From the NCBI RefSeq assembly GCF_004010195.1, contig NC_057717.1, forward strand, positions 65,302,218 through 65,357,681: a stretch of DNA of 55,464 nt, in the 5' to 3' direction. Below the pieces are notes generated by a model. The model was not told the origin of the DNA. It ran no database searches and was given only the letters and a program-made list of their open reading frames with translations. Shown piece after piece: positions 47,925-55,464 of this stretch; position 1 is the first letter of the stretch; each line of letters begins with the position of its first letter. The translations under genes were made by a program, and so were the position numbers. The DNA is from Chiloscyllium plagiosum. Taxonomy: Eukaryota.

Positions 47925-48942
47925 CAGGAACAAGGCAAGACCCTCTCAAAACATTTCAAAAAGGTAGCCAAAACAATAAATTGTCACTTGTTTTAACTAG
48001 GTTTAACGTGCATATTCCAGGAGTGATTCAACTGGACAAACCACTTAGCTTAAATAATACGGAATCTACAAATCACATTAACAAATGAAATACAAACAAA
48101 ATGGAGCAGAATACACAATAACTTAACTGGTCAAATACACAATAAATTATACCAACTTAATGATGCAATCCATGACGAGTAGTGTGGCTTAATGATCAGT
48201 ATTGGGACCGAAATTATTCAGAATTTAAATAAATGATTTCGAAATGGGTCCCATGTTCACAATGTCAATGTTTGCAGATGGCACTATGATGGACGGCATA
48301 GCCAACTATGCAGAGGACTGTGAGACTTTGCAGAGGAACATAGATACATTCAGTGAGTGGGTAGAGGTCTGACAGATGGAATACAACGTTAAGAATCCAG
48401 TGGTCATACATTTAGGTCGGAGAATCAGTAAAATAGAATGTTACTTGAATGGGAAATGAAGGTGTAGCATGCTATCATGCAGCTACCTGGGTGCCCTTGA
48501 CACCGAGTTGACGCTACTTCAGTCAACGTTTTTAAAGCTAAGGTAAACGTTTTTATGAAAAATAAAATAATTAAGGGGTACGCCGACAGTGCGACGACGT
48601 GAGCCTGAGTCCAAGAAAATGTCAGCCATTATATTGTTGAATGAAAGAGTAGACATGAAGGCCTGGGCAGCATACTCCTGCTCCGAGTTCTCATGTTCTG
48701 TTATGTTCTTATGTTCCAAATCACAATAAAGCAAACCAGAGTCAGCTGAGCTGGGAGACGTGACCACGCCCCTTTCAAATTGCAAGTTTCTTTTTGGAAA
48801 AGCACGAATGACTTGAACCTGAAAGGGTATCAATGACCTACAATCAAACTTGCACTAAAAAAAACTTCCACGCCCAGATTTTTCGGAGTGTGTCTCATTT
48901 ACGATACTAAAAAAAAACCAAGAACTCTTTTACCTTGTTACA
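47925..48942 (-). repeat. Probable 5' LTR of the Gmr1-like element, split by a CR1 3' fragment (~48170-48715, +)
   Basis: Lies immediately upstream of gag; the minus strand begins TGTAACA at 48942. The CR1 insert shows FADG.. and LQRNID and a ttctcatgttctgttatgttcttatgtt tail. No partner LTR was found. Confidence 0.45.
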
Positions 48943-49440
48943 AGAGCAGCATCGTCACACCCGTTTTGCTCTCCTGATTTTCCTCTTGAGTGTACTCCTA
49001 CATTCCGTCTGCTCTTCAAGTCATTCACTTGATCCCACTTGCCGAGACCTAACATTTAAATTCTACATTGTTTTCTTGACCAGAACGGCAATATCCCCCG
49101 TCATGTACTGGACCCCACTTCTGCGAGAATTACCATTCACACGAAAAGGAACAAGTTGTCCCTGAACGCTCGTTGTCTCACTTTTGAAAGAATGTTGCTT
49201 ATCAGCCACTCATGTACCCGGAAACAGCTTTCCCCAATCACCTTTTGAAAGTTCCTGCTTAATACTGTCATAATTATCCTTGTCCCAAAGTATAACGTTT
49301 CGTTGTCCACCTGGCGTATTCGTTTCCAGAAGTGTTCTCAAACTAATAGAATTACGGTCACTGGTACGATAGTTCTCTCACTCTCACAGCTCAGCCATCT
49401 TTCCCGTCGTACTCCCAAGAGGGAACAAGGGAGAGGTCTA
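48943..49440 (-). mobile_element. Old CR1 fragment
   Basis: Antisense SDRNS..F and GQG*L-like segment homologous to 55000-55445. Confidence 0.55.
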
Positions 49441-49879
49441 CTTCAGATGATCCATGGTCATTTTAATTAGATTATTGGCTTGAGTGTGTGAATGTTTGCA
49501 TGTGACTAAATATTTGTTGTGTTAGCATGCATTTGTTTCTGTGTTTTCCTCTGTCTTTGTGTCTGATTTTTATTGTATTAATTTGCATCTGTATCACTGA
49601 GCATTCGGAATTATGTCGTTTTGGGAATGAATTCATTGAAACGGAAATGAAAATGTCCCTTTTCACTCTTTTCCCCTCTCGGTCTGTCTCACGCACTCCT
49701 GTTTAATGTGATGTTATACCAGGCTCTGAAGGCCTCTCCATTCCAAGCAGCAGCTTTGTTTGGAAAAGGCATCAAACACAGTGACTGTCTCAAATTTGAA
49801 TTAAATTAGTTTGGTTGCCTGTGCTATCTGATGAGTGTCGTGAAACGTTTCTAATGTCAGTTATTGCACCATGTTAGGT

Positions 49880-50130
49880 CCAAGGTTCAGGCAGCGCTGA
49901 ACCTCACTTCTTGGCACTGCTGTCTCACAGCGCTGAGGAACCTGTTTTGATTCCACCCTCCGGCGATTGTACGTGTGGTGTTTGCGTAACCTCCCCATGT
50001 CTGTGTGGGTGTAATCTAGGTGCTCCAGTTTCTCCCGCAATGCAAGATGTGCAGTGCAGGGCAATTCGTCATGCTAAGTTGCTCATACTCTTCAGGAATG
50101 TTCAGGGGGTGTGCATCAATCCGGGTAAAT
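49880..50130 (+). mobile_element. HE1 SINE, partial and degenerate
   Basis: gcactgctgtctcacagcgctgaggaacc...ctccccatgtctgtgtggg...tgctccagtttctcccgca. Confidence 0.7.
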
Positions 50131-52577
50131 GTTTACAACTCATTCTCATTATAATTTTGCAGAGCACATCAAAATCCATTAAAAGTAAGAAAAAGTGTAA
50201 CAAAATCCATCTCAATCTTTTGTATAGTGCTCCACTCAGAAAGGTATGGAAAAAGACTCTAGTGCTGCGGTCTGCACAGCTCCCATTCTGGACAGATATC
50301 TCGGCCCGGTTTATAGATCATTGCAAATATGTGGTCAATACAGTATTCGCCTCTGAGCAGTTTGCTTAATTGGACAGAATAGAGCATGGTCTACACAGTG
50401 CTTCTGGCTGAATAGATGTCTACTTTGGGTTTATGGTGTTTGGGTTGGCCCTGTGCGGCGAATTGAGAATGCAATAAGGCAAAACATTGCTGTGAATACG
50501 GAAATGTCTTTATTTTATTCTTGTGATTGGACCAGCCGTCTCCCTCCATTGACGTTACAGTGTGACCATGCACAGTACATCACGTTGGTGAATACCTACT
50601 GTGCCATCGTCTTCGGGTCTCCACGACAAAAGGAAGAATGGCATCTCGGATAACGGCCTTGATAAACGGTCCAATACACACTGCCCCTCACATTTCCCCA
50701 CCACAAACTAACTGCATGAAATATCCTGTGTGCATTGACAGCAATTATGCCAGTGGGAACATTAAGGAAAGTGATCATCAGACGGATGGAACAACACATC
50801 TGGTGTCTGAACGCGTCAGAGTTAACCTTCCAGGAAACACTCTTTTCTGAAGTCCCGTAGATTTTTTCGTTAGAACATATTCACCCTTTTATTTTTCCTG
50901 AAAAAATCACAGGTTCACAATGAACTACGTTATTTTCCATCCGCAAAATTGCTATTGCTTATCGAATTACTGACTCTCCACGTCCTGTTGACAACTCCGT
51001 TTCCTGGTTATCGTTACGTCTCTGATGTATTTAATTAGAACGCATTTCCTCCATTTATCAAAATCATTGGGAAAGTTTGGATGTGGACCCAGCACTGATC
51101 ACTGCGTCACTGTAGTTGTTGATGTGCGTTAAACTCATAGAGATTAATTTGTCCATTTAATCGTGTCTTGCGATTCTGTAACCAACCCTCCTATGTAGCA
51201 GCTTTGAAAGTCTAAATATTTCTTTACATTCCCTATGTGACAGACATGAGGGATTAAATGATCTGCTCGAATGGCTGAATGGCCTCATTCTGTTGCTGTT
51301 TAAAACTCTTGATTTGGCTGAATGGTCTGCTTCAGTGTAGATGTAGTTGTGAGTGGTGCCGAACGTTTTGAAACCAACGTTTTGAAACAGCTCACCTCTG
51401 ACTTTATGATGGAGACAAGGACATTGATTTTGCAGCTGCTGGTGGCCCACAGTGCCTCATGAATGCCGGGTTTCCAGTTGCTCGGTTCCTTGGAGGTATG
51501 TCCAAGTGGCAAGATAACGGAGTCGGCGGTATCTTCAATATAAGGCTGAGAAATTCACAGCGCCAGGTCTATTTGTTGGCTGCTCCTCCAGGTATTGTTT
51601 TGGTCAGATCCATTTGTGAGACGTAGTTTGGTGAGAATGTTTTCCTCTTGTTGGCTAATCTATCAGGTCCCACAGTCTGGCTGCTATGTGTTTAAGTCCT
51701 TGGTCTGCTCAATCATTGGTGAGATTTTGGAGACACTCTTGGTGATCAATATTGAAGTCTCAGACCCACAGTACTCTCTGTGTCATTGGCACACTCAGTG
51801 TTTCTTCTGATTTATTTTCTTCATCAACAGTGACATATTGATCAACAAAGGCTGGTGTGGAGGACAATGGATGTCCATAATCAGGAGATTTCCGAGAACT
51901 GCTACCATGAGATTTTTCGAGTTCTGGAATCAATGTTCAGCAATTCCAAGATAACTGAGACCCTGAATGCAGACCACGGTACACCCAGTGATGGGTCTGC
52001 ACTATCAGTGGTACAGCATCTGCCCAGGGATCGTGATGGAGCTTCGTGAAACACTGCCTATCAGTACTGATTCTGTGAGTATGAGAAATTCATCCTTTTT
52101 TTCCTGATTGGTCATTATGAGGAATAAAGGGAACAATGAAGCAGGGACTATTGGGTTAAAAAGCTGAACGAAAGGTCTTATATCATAATTTGTGTTGTAT
52201 CCTTAAAATAGATCAAGGAATTCATACATACTTTGCGCGGAAATTCATATGATTTAATGGCATTAGCGAGACCTGATTGCAGGATGACTGTTATTGGAAA
52301 CTGAAAATCGAAAACATTTCATATTTTGGAGTATTATACAAACAACTTAAAGGAGGTGGGGGAGATCTCGGAATAAGGGATGGCGTCTGCATGATTGTAA
52401 AAAAGGATTTTTCATCAAATGATGGAGATATTGTCTTCATCGTATTGCTTTTGTAGCAAAGTGCCAGTTGAGGTTTGGGAGAGATTCACACCGTGAAGGT
52501 GAATGAGTCTCAGTGAACTGAATAGGCAGAAGGGCGTTTGTGATGTGGATCTTCATGACACTATTACCTTCTGGATC

Positions 52578-52893
52578 TGACATTCCCCAGAATTCTAAAG
52601 CTGGCATTCCCTTGAACACTTTGTAACAGACATCCTTTTGAAGATTCCATCATTGACATTGTCCAGAACATTTTATACCCGACGTTCCCCGGAACATTCT
52701 ACAATTGACATACACCAGAACATTATATTACCGACATTCTCCAGAGCATTCTGCAACCTACATTTTCTGAAACAATCTATAAATGATTTTCCCAGAACAT
52801 TCTATAACTGACAATCTCTGGAAAACTCTATCACCAACATTTTCCAAAACATCCTGAAACTGACATTCCCAGGAATACTCTTTCACTGACAGT
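52578..52893. repeat. 26-bp minisatellite, about 12 degenerate copies
   Basis: Approximate unit ctgacattccccagaacattctataa; gac anchors at 52655, 52681, 52707 and 52733. Confidence 0.85.
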
Positions 52894-53520
52894 ATTTATG
52901 ATCGTCAGTAATTTGAACAAAAGAAAAGATCCCGAGGAGAGATATCCTTTTGCAAGTGAAAGCAGGTATAGTTCGGGCATTTATAGAGGTGAATACATTT
53001 TCCCTGCGTGTACATATCTACACGACAGAGGATCAATCACAATTTTGTCTAAAAGACAGAAATGTCCAATGTGCGGTTGTCTTTAAGGAACTGGGTGAGA
53101 ATCCTTCAGACAGCAAATTTTTTCCCCTCCGTATTTAAACTCTCGAGTGATCAGGTATGTGGGAATGTTCGAGAAAGCATCTTTTTTAATGAATGTGTCT
53201 CCGTGTGCTTGGGGAGGGAAGGTTTCTTGCGGTTAATGATATAATTTTGTCATTAAGTCAGAACATTCAATTTGTTATTTCAGGTCCATTTATTTTAATA
53301 AATTTCTGAACGCAGTGACATTATGGAATATGTCACTGGGTCATCAAACAAATGGATAATTTGTCTCCAGGCTGATGTATAATTTGTTTGTTTTCTATCC
53401 TCACAGTTAACATAGTGACGATCTATGTCCTCCTTGCTAAAGATTGTGGATTGTCTCCGTGTGTCAACCATTACCTGGGTGCCATGACAGTGGAAGATCT
53501 ACTGGTCATTATTCTTGACT

Positions 53521-55464
53521 TATAGAACATAGAAAAATACAGCGCAGTACAGGCCCTTTGGCCCTCGATGTTGCGCCGATCCAAGCCCACCAAACCTACA
53601 CTAGCCCACTATCCTCCATATGCCTATTCAACGCCCGTTTGAATATCCATAAAGAGGGAGAGTCCACCACTGCTACTGGCAGGGCATCCCATGAACTCAC
53701 GACTCGCTGAGTAAAGAATCTAACCCTAACATCTATCCTATACCTACCACCCCTTAATTTAAAGCTATGCCCCCTCGTAATAGCTGACTCCATACGTGGA
53801 AAAAGGTTCTCATGGTCAACCCTATCTAAACCCCTAATCATCTTGTACACCTCTATCAAGTCACCCCTAAACCTTCTTTTCTCCAATGAAAACAACCCCA
53901 AGTGCCTCAACCTTTCCTCATACGATCTTNNNNNNNNNNNNNNNNNNNNNNNNNNNNNNTTACTCTTACCAGAGTGAATCACCTCACACTTAGCTACATT
54001 GTACTCCATTTGCCACCTTTCTGCCCAGTTCTGCAGCTTATCTATATCCCGCTGTAACCTGCCAATTCCTTCCTCACTGTCAACAACTACACCGACTTTC
54101 GTATCATCCGCAAACTTGCTCACCCAACCTTCTAGCCCCTCCTCCAGGTCATTTATAAAAATGACAAACAGCAATGGTCCCAAAACAGATCCTTGCGGAA
54201 CACCGCTAGTAACTGTCCTCCAAGATGAACCTTTACCATCAACAATTGCCCTCTGTCTTCTTCCAGCCAGCCAATTCCTAATCCAAACCTCCAACTCACC
54301 CTCAATGCCATACCTCCGTATTGTTTGCAGTAGACTACCATGGGGAACCTTATCAAACAACTTACTAAAATCCATATACACCACATCTCCTGTTTTACCC
54401 TCGTCTACCTCCTTAGTCACCTTCTCAAATGATTCAATAAGGTTTGTGAGGCACGACCTGCCCTTCACAAAACCATGCTGACTATCCTTGATCACATAAT
54501 TCCTATCCAGATGTTCATAAATCCTATCCCTTACAATTCTCTCTAAGACCTTGCCCACAACAGAATCAGACACACTAGCCAAAAGTTACTGGGGTTATCC
54601 CTCCTCCCCTTCTTGAACAAGGGAACCACATTTGCTATCCTCCAGTCTACTGGCAGTATTCCTGTAGACAACGAGGACATCAAAGTCAAGGCAAATGGCT
54701 CTGAAATCTCCTCCCTTACTTCCCAGAGAATCCTAGGATAAATGCCATCAGGCCCAGGGGACTTATCTATTTTCACCCTTTCCAGAATGTTTAACACCTC
54801 TTCCCTACATACCTCAAAGCCGTCCATTTTAATTAATTGTGACTCAATATTCCTGTTCCTGAGTGAATACTGACGAAAAGCATTCATTCAGTGTCTCCCC
54901 AATCTCTTCAGCCTCCACACGAAACTTCCCACTACTATCTTTGACTGGACCTATTCCTACCTTAGTCATTCTTTTATTCCTGACATAACTATAGAAAGCC
55001 TTAGGATTTTCCCTAATACTACCAACTAAGGACTTGTCATGTCCCCTCCTTGCTGCTCTTAGCTCTCTCTTCAGATGTTTCCTGGCTACCTTATAACTCT
55101 CAATCGCCCCAATTGAACCTTCACGCCTCATCTTTACATAGGCCGCCCTCTTCCATTTAACAAGGGATTCCAATTCCTTATTAAACCACGGCTCCCTCAC
55201 ACGACCCTTTCCTCCCTGCCTGACAGGTACATACTTATCAAGGACACTCAATAGTTGCTCCTTGAACAAGCTCCACATCTCAATTGTGCCCATGCCTTGA
55301 AGCCTACTTTTCCAAGCCACGCATCCTAGGTCGTGCCGCACCGCATCATAATTTCCTTGCCCCCAGCTATAACTCTTGTCCTGCAGTGCACACTTATCCC
55401 TCTCCATCACGAGAGTAAAAGTCACCGAATTGTGGTCACTGTCCCCAAAGTGCACACCTACCTC
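53521..55464 (-). mobile_element. Young CR1 LINE ORF2 (APE end, linker, RT, C-terminus); two frameshifts, a 30-N gap at 53930-53959, and runs off the window
   Basis: FGDSDHNSV, ENPKAFYSYV, KSPGPDGIYPR, DWRIANVVPLFKKG, SQHGFVKGRSCLTNL, YMDFSK.FDKVPH, SGVPQGSVLGPLLF, SKFADD; (TTCTATG)n tail at 53521-53533. Confidence 0.97.

Noticed and set aside
48935-49165. Hydrophobic ORF (FALLIFLLSVLL) as an Ig transmembrane exon or signal peptide
   Set aside because: It is the antisense of a CR1 fragment and has no CART motif or KVK-type tail.
52578-52893. Regularly spaced repeats as a CRISPR array
   Set aside because: Contiguous degenerate tandem units without unique spacers, in a eukaryotic context.

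Overview
Vertebrate genomic DNA, almost certainly from a shark. This is inferred from an elasmobranch-type IgM constant exon, HE1 and SacSINE-type SINEs, and CR1 LINEs with (TTCTATG)n tails; an orectolobiform such as a bamboo shark is plausible but not provable here. The only clear host gene segment is one IgM heavy-chain CH2 exon (1975-2268, +). It has intact phase-1 splice sites but an apparent in-frame loss of about 6 codons, and sits just upstream of a 500-N scaffold gap; no CH3, CH4 or TM exon is recognisable downstream. Most of the rest is nested retroelements: many CR1 fragments, a second CR1/L2-type LINE, two ~2.7-kb Neptune-type Penelope-like elements (PLEs), older Poseidon-type PLEs, a decayed Gmr1-like (SCAN-gag, PR-IN-RT) Gypsy element and SINEs. 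The ORF track does not show three things. (i) Minimal type-I hammerhead ribozyme motifs occur in the terminal repeats of several PLE families, and short TSD-flanked, often fold-back insertions break at the ribozyme. (ii) A compact fossil tRNA cluster (Thr, Leu, Val, possibly Arg) lies at 22.8-23.8 kb. (iii) An unexplained ~140-bp element is duplicated ~20 kb apart. Boundaries of old repeats are approximate and family assignments come from recalled motifs, not database searches. I cannot claim a wholly new system; the PLE ribozyme/fold-back biology is the best lead.
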